From contig JAJXUA010000001.1 in assembly GCA_021783275.1 (NCBI GenBank), positions 1,365 through 65,364 on the forward strand: a stretch of DNA of 64,000 bases, in the 5' to 3' direction. Made by a program: the position numbers and the translations under genes. Positions 18,587 through 26,650 of the stretch are shown here, piece after piece. Below the pieces are notes generated by a model that ran no database searches, had not been told where the DNA came from, and worked only from the letters and a program-made list of their open reading frames with translations. The stretch comes from Pseudomonadota bacterium (GTDB taxonomy: Bacteria > Pseudomonadota > Gammaproteobacteria > Burkholderiales > Thiobacillaceae). Within the stretch, counting starts at the first letter, position 1, and every line of letters starts with the position of its first letter.

Positions 18587-20294
18587 TCAGTGGCTGCATC
18601 TCCGGGCTCGCCGAAATCCGCTTCGGCAGCGGGCCCAGCAGTTTCACCCGGTCGGGTGTCGGCGTGTAGCGTCGGCCCGGCAGGGTGGTGAAATAGTGCG
18701 ACACGACTTCGGTCGCATCCAGAATCCCGCCGTTTTTCGCGCGCAAGACCTTGATGCGTTCGGCCGGGATGCGGTTGATCCAGTTCGCATTGTCCACATA
18801 CCAGTAGCCGCCGAGCCGGTATTCGCGTGAAGGATCGAGTTCCTCGCCGTTGACGCGGATGTTCTGGGCCATGAAACCGTATTCCTGCGCCGGGTTGAGG
18901 TCGAAACTCACATTCGCCCAGCCGAACAGCCAGCCGCCGGTCCAGTCGTCGATGAAGTGCGTCAGCGCGCCGCGCGCGGAGTTCTCAATCGCCCAGCGGA
19001 TGTCTTCGCCGCGCACCACGCCGCACGCGACCTGCGGGCCGATGGGCATGAAGTGGTAGAGGTCTTCGAGTTTCACCGGGCCGGGCGCGACGTGGGTACC
19101 GTATCTGAAGCCGCGCACGACGCCGACATCGGATTTGCACACACTGCGGAATGCGTCGGCGAGAAAATTGTGCGAGCTGCCTTCGATCACCGCCGGGTGG
19201 CGTTTGGCGTCGCTGTAGTTCGAGCGATGCAGCGGCGCGTGGGTGTGGCCGACGACGGTGTCGATGGGCGTGCGCAGCACCGCGCCGTTGACCGGATTGC
19301 TGTGCGGGCGGAACGACGGCCCTTTGACGAAGGCCGCGCGTGCGGCCTCGACGCGCGCCGCCATCGCCGCGTCCGGCGGCAAGGCACCTGCGACGATACG
19401 GTGCGCGGTGTGCTGGTGACCGGTCACTTTGCCGCCCGCGACTGTGAGCGTGATCTCGCCCGCCATCGTCCCGTCCTGGCCTTCTTCGATCAAGAGCGTG
19501 CCGGTCTTGGCACGCAGCACCTGCCACGATTCTTCGTGCATGTCGGACGAGAGCACGAGGTCGATGCCGGGGATGCGCTCGGCGTAGTCGAGGTTGGCGG
19601 CAAGCCCGCGCTCCGACGCGAGCACCAGCACGTCCACTTGCTTGCGCAGGCGCGGAACCAGATATTCGAGTTCTTCGATCCCCGGCGTGAGACTGAAGCC
19701 ATCGAGCACATGGGTCGAAACCGCTTGCGGCGGGCGGTCGGCGGTGAGGCCGACGATGGCGATCTTGAGCCCGCCACGCTCGAACACGCGGTACGGCTGC
19801 AGCACGCGTTTTCCCGCCTGGCGCACAAACGGCGTCGCCGGAAAATCGTACAGCGTCGCGTAATAGAGGTTGGCCGCGACGGCACCCCACGGCGCTTTCG
19901 GCGTCTTGCCCGCGAACAGGTCGATGAAGCGTTGGGGGCCGTAGACATAGTCCCAGTTGCCCGCGACGAAAGCATCGATCTTCAAGGGAGTCAACACATC
20001 GACCAGGTGCTGCCCTTCGGAATACAGGGCCTCGGCCGACCCCTGAATGGTGTCGCCGGTGTTGACCAGCAGGTTGACCGATTTGCGCTGGCGGATTTCG
20101 GCAATACGCGCGGCGACGTTGGCGAGGCCGCCGACGGGCTTGCCGTAGGTCGGCGAGCCTTCGCGCATGTCCGGACGCGGGATCAGATGACCGTGCAGGT
20201 CGCCGATGTGGATGAAGGTGATCGAGCCGGAACCCGCCAGCGCCAGCGGCGACAACAGGAATCCCAGCAGGAGCGACACGCCGTGCAGCTTCAT
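18561..20294 (-). CDS. Secreted SoxB-like / 5'-nucleotidase-family metallohydrolase
   Basis: Start MKLHGVSLLL at 20294 overlapping the dsrE stop; signal peptide; HIGDLHGH, TGDTIQGS, GNWDYVYG, SSDMHE, GFRYG. Confidence 0.82.
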   Translation of the reverse strand: MKLHGVSLLLGFLLSPLALAGSGSITFIHIGDLHGHLIPRPDMREGSPTYGKPVGGLANVAARIAEIRQRKSVNLLVNTGDTIQGSAEALYSEGQHLVDVLTPLKIDAFVAGNWDYVYGPQRFIDLFAGKTPKAPWGAVAANLYYATLYDFPATPFVRQAGKRVLQPYRVFERGGLKIAIVGLTADRPPQAVSTHVLDGFSLTPGIEELEYLVPRLRKQVDVLVLASERGLAANLDYAERIPGIDLVLSSDMHEESWQVLRAKTGTLLIEEGQDGTMAGEITLTVAGGKVTGHQHTAHRIVAGALPPDAAMAARVEAARAAFVKGPSFRPHSNPVNGAVLRTPIDTVVGHTHAPLHRSNYSDAKRHPAVIEGSSHNFLADAFRSVCKSDVGVVRGFRYGTHVAPGPVKLEDLYHFMPIGPQVACGVVRGEDIRWAIENSARGALTHFIDDWTGGWLFGWANVSFDLNPAQEYGFMAQNIRVNGEELDPSREYRLGGYWYVDNANWINRIPAERIKVLRAKNGGILDATEVVSHYFTTLPGRRYTPTPDRVKLLGPLPKRISASPEMQPLKGVERPEY

Positions 20295-20722
20295 CACGGC
20301 GCGGCGTATACCCAGCCTTCGGACTGGCGCACGACGATTTCGGCGAGCCCCGACGGCACGGTCGCGAGATTGAAGGTGCGGATCAGGTCGGTGCGCTTCA
20401 ACTTCGCCGCGTACAGGCTTTTTTCGCACGCGACGATGCGCACGCCGCGGTGGTGCATCTCCTTCAATTCGTCGTCGAGCGGGGTGTAGTAGCGCAGCGT
20501 CCTCACCCCCGGCCCCCACGCCACCAGTTCAATGGCGACATTCTCGCGGCCAAGCGTGTCCTGCACGTGCTTCGCGTGATTGAGCGCGATGCGCAATTTG
20601 TCAGTCGAGTCTTCGGTGACTTGCAGCAGGAGCTTGTAGCGCGGGGTTTCGGCGAGCGCAGTGCCGGTCAGCAAAAACAGCACACACCATGCGGCGAGCA
20701 GGCATTTAACGCGGCGGAACAT
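20294..20722 (-). CDS. Secreted DsrE-family protein
   Basis: Signal peptide ending ALA; ALNHAKH, IELVAWGPG, VRIVACEKS, VPSGLAEIV.RQ.EGW.Y. Confidence 0.82.
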   Translation of the reverse strand: MFRRVKCLLAAWCVLFLLTGTALAETPRYKLLLQVTEDSTDKLRIALNHAKHVQDTLGRENVAIELVAWGPGVRTLRYYTPLDDELKEMHHRGVRIVACEKSLYAAKLKRTDLIRTFNLATVPSGLAEIVVRQSEGWVYAAP

Positions 20723-22415
20723 AGTGGGCATCCTTGAATAGAACATCACGTGGCACGGCTTCGCCAGTGGGCAGGCGATAGAACACGCAGGCCTCGCCGA
20801 TAGTGGCAAACAGGCCGGATTTCTGCAATACGTCGTCGAAGGTATGGTCGCGCAATCCCACACACACATTGCCCCCCTCCTGCTTGCGGCGGGTTGCTTC
20901 TTTTACCAGCGCCAGCGCGCCGGGCGTATCGATATGGCCAACATATTCAAGCGACAGGAAGAGCTTGCGATTGCGCCCCTCGTCGCTGGCGATCATGCCC
21001 AGCTGGGTGCCGATGGACTGTACCGAACCGAAAAACAGATTGCCCGACACGCGAAAGGCCGTCACGTCTCCGGCCAGATCGTCCGGGATATAGTTTCGCA
21101 TTGCAGCGGCGTCGAGGCGACGGAAATGCGGCCTGGAAACGTTGGCCAGATAGACCCCGACCGACAGCAGCACCCCCAGGATCACCCCGTAGTCGAGCCC
21201 CAGTACCACGGCACTCGCAAAGCAGGCGACGAAAATCAGGAACTCGGAACGCGCATTCACCAGCTCGCCGATTTCCTTGCGATCAATCAGTCCCCAGCCG
21301 ACCAGCATCAACAACCCGGCCATGACGGCAATCGGCATCAGGGCGATCAGGTCAGCCGCAAACCAGATCAGCAGCGCGAGCACAAAAGCCGAAACCAGGC
21401 TGGACAGGGGTGTGCGCCCACCCGCGCTGTAGTTGGCTGCGCTGCGGTTGAAGGAGCCACAGCTCGCAAAACACGACAGGTAACTCCCGACCACATTGGA
21501 CAGACCCTGGCCGACAATTTCCTGGTTCATGTTGATCGACTGGCCGGATTTGGCTGCCAGCGAGCGCGCGATCACCGCCGTCTGCATCAACCCCAGAAAG
21601 CCGATCAGTGCCGCAGACAGAATCAGGTCTTCGTAGACAATCAGGCTGTCATCACTGAAATCCACCGGCACGAACGGCAGCACCGCAAGACTCAGGGTGC
21701 CCAGCTTGTCAATGCGCAAACTGGCCGAACCCCACAGCCAGTCAAGCACATAGGCGAACAGTGTACCGACGACGATGGCGATGATGAGATGCGGCGCATT
21801 CGGCTTCCACACGCGCGCAATCACGCCGGCGAGGATCGTCACCAGCCCGCACGATGCCGCTGCCCAGTTGGCGTGGTCGAGGTTGTAGAACGCCTGCAGC
21901 AGGGTTTCGTAAATTTCCTCGCGCTGGTTGAGGAGTATTCCGAAGAAATTCCCCAGCTGCTGGATGATGATGACGACGCCGACCCCCGCCGTTAAACCGA
22001 CGATGACCGAATGTGAAATGTAGTTGAACACCACGCCGAGCCGGGCAAAACCGAAAACCAGCTGGAACACGCCGGCCATGAAAGTCAGGCCCATGGCATA
22101 CAGGATGTAGTCCTCGGTACCCCGGCTGGCGAAGGTCGATAGATCGAGAAAAATCAGGACGGCAATCGCCGTGTTCGGCCCCGACATCAGATGGAAACTC
22201 GAGCCGAACAGCGCGGCGATGATGACCGGGAAGATCGACGTGTAGATGCCGTACTCAGGCGGCAGCCCGGCAAGCGCAGCAAGTGCGACCGCCTGCGGCA
22301 GGATCAGCACGCCTGCCGTGATGCCTGCGCCAAGATCGGCGAGCAGTGTGGGACGATCGAGCATCTTTGCCCACACCAGAAAGGGCAGGAAGCGTGCGAG
22401 GCGCGACTCAGCCAT
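20706..22415 (-). CDS. SulP/SLC26 anion permease with STAS domain
   Basis: ADLGAGIT...LPQAVALA.LAGLPPEYGIY, NQEIVGQGLSN, GSFNRSA, STAS GNLFFGS. Confidence 0.92.
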   Translation of the reverse strand: MAESRLARFLPFLVWAKMLDRPTLLADLGAGITAGVLILPQAVALAALAGLPPEYGIYTSIFPVIIAALFGSSFHLMSGPNTAIAVLIFLDLSTFASRGTEDYILYAMGLTFMAGVFQLVFGFARLGVVFNYISHSVIVGLTAGVGVVIIIQQLGNFFGILLNQREEIYETLLQAFYNLDHANWAAASCGLVTILAGVIARVWKPNAPHLIIAIVVGTLFAYVLDWLWGSASLRIDKLGTLSLAVLPFVPVDFSDDSLIVYEDLILSAALIGFLGLMQTAVIARSLAAKSGQSINMNQEIVGQGLSNVVGSYLSCFASCGSFNRSAANYSAGGRTPLSSLVSAFVLALLIWFAADLIALMPIAVMAGLLMLVGWGLIDRKEIGELVNARSEFLIFVACFASAVVLGLDYGVILGVLLSVGVYLANVSRPHFRRLDAAAMRNYIPDDLAGDVTAFRVSGNLFFGSVQSIGTQLGMIASDEGRNRKLFLSLEYVGHIDTPGALALVKEATRRKQEGGNVCVGLRDHTFDDVLQKSGLFATIGEACVFYRLPTGEAVPRDVLFKDAHYVPPR

Positions 22416-23367
22416 CTGCCGGGCCCTCGATGAAAAGACTGAACCAGCCGATACGCGGGTCCCACGGGCGGCTCTGGATTTTGAGGTAGAACGATACGTC
22501 GAGCGCCTGCTGCGGCGTGAGGCTGTTGCGTTTGCCGAGCGGCATGTTGGCGCGGATGAAGGCTGCGCCAGTGGTGAGTTTGTCCATGCCCGCGCCGGTG
22601 GCGTAGCTGTCCCAGCCCCACAGCGGCGGAAACTGGTAGCCCGTGCCGTCGGCGCGTTTCACGCCCCGGCCATTGGCACCGTGGCAGACCGCGCACTGCG
22701 TTTGATAAACGATCTTGCCGCGTCCGTGCGACGCCTCGCGCGGGGCCTTGACGCCGGGAAAGCCGCGCGCCGCCATCAGCCCGCGCGTCGGCACATTGGT
22801 CGAAAGCCATTGCGAATACGCGATCAACGCGGCCATTTCGGGTGAATCCCAGGTCGGCGACGTGCCCGCCATCGAGAACCGGAAACAGTCGGCGATGCGT
22901 TCCTGATAGCTGTTCGCGCGCAGGTTCTTGCCGCGATACAGCGGATAGAGCGGGTAGCCCGCCCACAGCGGTGCCGAGCCAACCATGCGGCCTTCGGACA
23001 AATGGCAGTTGACGCAATTGAGGCCGTTGCCGACGTAACGCCGTGCATGGCGCTGCGTGTCAACGAACAGGTCACGGCCATATTTGACCTGCTTGCCCCA
23101 CGCGTTGTCGGGCAAGTCGGCGAGCCTGGGCGGGGCAAACTTGATCTCGTCCGGGTCGGCGACAAAGGTTTCGGTCTGGCGCGTGGACATCCCCACGCGC
23201 GGCGGCTCGATCAGCAAGCGAGTCGGGGGCGCATCATCGGCGTCCCCGTCCCAGGTCGGCACGTCGGGTTCTATCGAGACCGCTTCGATCAAGACCGCGT
23301 CGGGCGCAGCCGAACCGTTCAGCATCGGGGTGAGCGACAACAGGAAAATCAAGGCAGGTGCGCGCAT
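22408..23367 (-). CDS. tsdA: Dihaem thiosulfate dehydrogenase / tetrathionate reductase, downstream paralogue
   Basis: GNGLNCVNCH, YPLYR, ERIADCFRFSM, CAVCHG, FPPLWG.DSY..GAGM, NMPLG. Confidence 0.85.
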   Translation of the reverse strand: MRAPALIFLLSLTPMLNGSAAPDAVLIEAVSIEPDVPTWDGDADDAPPTRLLIEPPRVGMSTRQTETFVADPDEIKFAPPRLADLPDNAWGKQVKYGRDLFVDTQRHARRYVGNGLNCVNCHLSEGRMVGSAPLWAGYPLYPLYRGKNLRANSYQERIADCFRFSMAGTSPTWDSPEMAALIAYSQWLSTNVPTRGLMAARGFPGVKAPREASHGRGKIVYQTQCAVCHGANGRGVKRADGTGYQFPPLWGWDSYATGAGMDKLTTGAAFIRANMPLGKRNSLTPQQALDVSFYLKIQSRPWDPRIGWFSLFIEGPADG

Positions 23368-23368
23368 T

Positions 23369-24265
23369 CTAGAACCCCGCGAACGGACGCAGGTACGCCG
23401 TAATCCAGTTCTTGCGCGGATCAATCGGGCGCTGTTTGAGGCGCATGTAAAACGCCACGTCGTAGGCCTCCTGATCGTCGAGACTCATGCCGCGCCCAAG
23501 TGGCATGTTGCCCTTGATCCACGCGGCGGCGGTCGCGACCGTGTACATCCCCGCGCCTTTGTTGAAACTGTCGCTGCCCCACAGCGGCGGAAACTGGTAA
23601 CGCTCGCCATCGGCCGCTTTCAGGCCCCGGCCATTGGCACCGTGGCAGATCGCGCATTTCATATCGTAAACAACCCGCCCGCGATCCGAGGAGGGCTCGA
23701 TGTCGCGCTTGACCGGAACGAAACCCTTGCCCGTGACCGGTGCGCCGGTCGGCACGCCGCGTGCGAGCCATTGCGCATACGCGACAATCGCGTCCATCTC
23801 GCGCGACTGCAAGGGGGGCATCAGACCGTCGAGCGAGTATTTGAAACAGTCCTGCACCCGCATCTGAAAGGTGTTCATGTCGTCGTTTTTGCCGCGATAC
23901 GTCGGGTACATTGTCCACGCGCCCCACATCGGGGCTGCGTCGGCCTTGCGCCCTTCCGACAAATGACAACTTGCGCAGTTGAGGCCGTTACCGGCGAATT
24001 TCGGCGCGCGTTGCGGCGTGTCGATGAAAATCTCGCGGCCTTCGCGGACCAGCGCACCCCAGGCATCGTCAGGCAGTTCGTCCAGCTCAGGGGGCACAAA
24101 CGCACGCCCGGCACGGCGCAGCGCTTCGGGATCGACTTCGCCCGGCACATCCGACAACCCCTGTACCGCACTCGGACGCTGGGCGTAGGGCCAGTCGCGC
24201 GGGGTCGCAGGGGCTGCGAGACTCATCCCCAGTGCCACCATCAACAGGGGCCGGAGCTGTTTCAT
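23369..24265 (-). CDS. tsdA: Dihaem thiosulfate dehydrogenase / tetrathionate reductase, middle paralogue
   Basis: GNGLNCASCH, YPTYR, MRVQDCFKYSL, CAICHG, FPPLWGSDSFNKGAGM, NMPLG. Confidence 0.85.
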   Translation of the reverse strand: MKQLRPLLMVALGMSLAAPATPRDWPYAQRPSAVQGLSDVPGEVDPEALRRAGRAFVPPELDELPDDAWGALVREGREIFIDTPQRAPKFAGNGLNCASCHLSEGRKADAAPMWGAWTMYPTYRGKNDDMNTFQMRVQDCFKYSLDGLMPPLQSREMDAIVAYAQWLARGVPTGAPVTGKGFVPVKRDIEPSSDRGRVVYDMKCAICHGANGRGLKAADGERYQFPPLWGSDSFNKGAGMYTVATAAAWIKGNMPLGRGMSLDDQEAYDVAFYMRLKQRPIDPRKNWITAYLRPFAGF

Positions 24266-25119
24266 TTCGCGATGCCCCGGTTGATCCAGCCCGTGCGGGG
24301 GTCGCGCACGCGCGGCTGGGCCAGCAGGTAGGCCGCAATATCGGCCGCGTCGCGATCCGACAGGCTCCCACCTCGGGCCAGCGGCATATTCGCCTGCACA
24401 TACGCGGCCAGTGTGGCCGGCCGGGCAAAGCCCGACCCGCCGGTGAAGGCATGTTTACCCCACAGCGGAGGGAACTGATACCCGCCGCCGGGTTTGGCGA
24501 GGCCTGCGCCGTTTGCGCCGTGGCAGAGCAGGCACTGGTCACGGTACAGCGCCGCACCGCGCCGTGCCGACGGCATGGTCGCCGCGGCCGCCTCCGGCGC
24601 GCCCGCCAGGGGTGCCCGCGCGCCAAAACCCTGACCCGGCAGCGCTGCCCGGGTCGGCGCGCCGGAGGCGAGCCATTGCGCATACGCCACCAGCGCCTGC
24701 ATCTCGGGCGAATCCAGCGGCGGACTCTGGCCCTGCATCTCGAAATGGAAACAGTCCTGCACCTGCGATTCAAAGGTCTTGACTGCACCGTTGCTGCCCA
24801 GACGCGGATAACGCACCCAGGCCGCCCACATCGGCGCGGCGTCCGGCTTGCGGCCTTCGGACAGATGGCAGCTCGAACACGCCAGCGCGTTGCCGGTGTA
24901 GCGCCGTGCGTGGTTGACCGTATCCGTAAATATCCGCCGACCCAGCTTGACCATGTCGCCCTGCTTGTCTTCCGGAATACTGACGACAGCGGGCGGAATG
25001 AACACCTCGCCCGGCGCGGCAACGGGGACTTCCACCAGATTGCCGGGCAGGGGCGGCTCGACTGGCGCGAAGCCCGCGCTCATCAGCCCCAGCGCCACGA
25101 CTATCTGCCGTGCACTCAT
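24262..25119 (-). CDS. TsdA-like dihaem cytochrome c, upstream divergent paralogue
   Basis: GNALACSSCH, QVQDCFHFEM, CLLCHG, FPPLWG, NMPLA; several consensus residues changed. Confidence 0.8.
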   Translation of the reverse strand: MSARQIVVALGLMSAGFAPVEPPLPGNLVEVPVAAPGEVFIPPAVVSIPEDKQGDMVKLGRRIFTDTVNHARRYTGNALACSSCHLSEGRKPDAAPMWAAWVRYPRLGSNGAVKTFESQVQDCFHFEMQGQSPPLDSPEMQALVAYAQWLASGAPTRAALPGQGFGARAPLAGAPEAAAATMPSARRGAALYRDQCLLCHGANGAGLAKPGGGYQFPPLWGKHAFTGGSGFARPATLAAYVQANMPLARGGSLSDRDAADIAAYLLAQPRVRDPRTGWINRGIAK

Positions 25120-25919
25120 TGCGGCGCGGCCTGACGGATCGCCTCACCCGCTTCGATCCGGTATGACAAATTGGCCAGATACGCAGCCACGGCCTGCTTG
25201 TCGCCTTCGGTCATCCATTCAGCCACGGCACGCATCAGGCCGTTTTCGTCGTTGTCACGCGCCCCGGACTGCCAGTGATTGAGCTGCTCGACGATATAGG
25301 CAGCGGGCTGGCCGGCCAGCGGCGGAAACATCGCCCCGACGCCCACGCCGTTTTGCCCGTGGCAGGCAAAACACCCCGGCACGCCGTATTCGGGTTTGCC
25401 GCGCAGCACCAGGTCTTCGCCGCGTTCAAGGGTTTCGGGGTCGGCCGCGACCGGCTGGGCGACGAAGGACAGCGACGCGTAGTACTGCGCCAGTGCTTCA
25501 ATCTCGTCCGGTTTGAGCGTCCGGGCGATGGGTGACATGACCGCATGCTGCCGGATACCCGGGGTAAGGATGGAATACGGCAAATCGATACGGGGGGTTT
25601 TCGAGTAGTCGCGGGCGATCTGGTCGAAATGCGCGCCCGTGAGCGGCACTTCGCGCGCGTAATCCGCAAGCTGGCGTGCAAGGTAGGCCGGATGCAAACC
25701 GGCGAGACGCGGAAACCCCGCAGCCGGATTGCCTTCTCCGTGGGCGCCATGGCAGCTGATACATGCGGGAAGCCCTTCACGCCCGTTCTGCGCCAGGGCC
25801 TGACCCGCGCTGCGCGCTGCCAGAATCTCGGGCGACACCCGGTCGTTCCAGTAAACCGCCCAGGCAGCACCGAGACCGAGCACCAGCGCAGCGGCCATCC
25901 ATCCATGAGCAGTTTTCAC
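25116..25919 (-). CDS. tsdB: TsdB-like dihaem cytochrome c4
   Basis: PACISCHG..GEG...GFPRLAG; GCFACHG..G.G....FPPLAGQ.AAY...QL..W..G.R.ND..GLM; first gene of the tsdA cluster. Confidence 0.78.
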   Translation of the reverse strand: MKTAHGWMAAALVLGLGAAWAVYWNDRVSPEILAARSAGQALAQNGREGLPACISCHGAHGEGNPAAGFPRLAGLHPAYLARQLADYAREVPLTGAHFDQIARDYSKTPRIDLPYSILTPGIRQHAVMSPIARTLKPDEIEALAQYYASLSFVAQPVAADPETLERGEDLVLRGKPEYGVPGCFACHGQNGVGVGAMFPPLAGQPAAYIVEQLNHWQSGARDNDENGLMRAVAEWMTEGDKQAVAAYLANLSYRIEAGEAIRQAAPQ

Positions 25920-26023
25920 GTTCTTGATTCCCCGGGCACAGAAAATTGCACGGGTAATTTTATAGGCGGAATTAACTCACTGCATGAATGATTTTTTATC
26001 CAGTGGCTGTATTTATGCCGGAA

Positions 26024-26629
26024 TTAGTGTTCCAGCCAGCGGGCCAGACCGGCCCATTGCTCCACATCCCGCTCGGCCACGTGGTGAGGCAGGTCAAACA
26101 GGCTTTTGCCTTCAAACGCGGCATTGACGTAATTCTGCGCATTGCGCAGGTAGGCCAGCACCGGCAGCTGCTGTTGCGCCATGAACTGTTCCAGCGTGAC
26201 CCCGGCGCGGGTGCGCGGATCGACACGCATGCCGACCACACCGACGAAAGCGTGACCCTTGCGCACGGCTTTTTCGGCCAGGAGCGCAGCGAGAAATTCC
26301 TGGCTGGCGCGGATATCAAACAGCGACGGGGCAATCGGCACGACGACCTTGTGCGCCAGTTTCAGCGCCCGCTCCAGGTTTTTGCCATGCAGCCCGGCAG
26401 GCGAGTCGATCACCAGCCAGTCCGCCGCGCTTTTTTCTCCCTCGCTCAGCAGGCCGATATCAGGCAAGGCGCTGTCGCGCAGGGCAAGCCATTGCGTGGC
26501 CGACTTCTGGCGATCCAGGTCCAGCATCGCCACCCGCTGACCCTGCCAGGCCAGACAGGCCGCCAGATTGGTCGATAGCGTGGTTTTACCGCTGCCGCCT
26601 TTGGGATTGGCTACCAGAATCACACGCAT
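26024..26629 (-). CDS. Short ParA/MinD-family ATPase
   Basis: NPKGGSGKTT, DLDRQ.S, IDSPAG. Confidence 0.88.
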   Translation of the reverse strand: MRVILVANPKGGSGKTTLSTNLAACLAWQGQRVAMLDLDRQKSATQWLALRDSALPDIGLLSEGEKSAADWLVIDSPAGLHGKNLERALKLAHKVVVPIAPSLFDIRASQEFLAALLAEKAVRKGHAFVGVVGMRVDPRTRAGVTLEQFMAQQQLPVLAYLRNAQNYVNAAFEGKSLFDLPHHVAERDVEQWAGLARWLEH

Positions 26630-26650
26630 GGGTCGCTCCCGGGTTCGATT

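Noticed and set aside
18561-20294. Canonical soxB call
   Set aside because: Metal ligands differ and no soxXAYZ is nearby; reported only as SoxB-like
16767-20489. Long plus-strand ORFs of 588 and 510 aa, and similar antisense ORFs over gltB, gltD and argS
   Set aside because: Antisense shadows typical of high-GC genes; no recognisable motifs
26024-26629. Plasmid partition system
   Set aside because: Orphan ParA-family gene with no parB or centromere repeats, following ilvD in a chromosomal context
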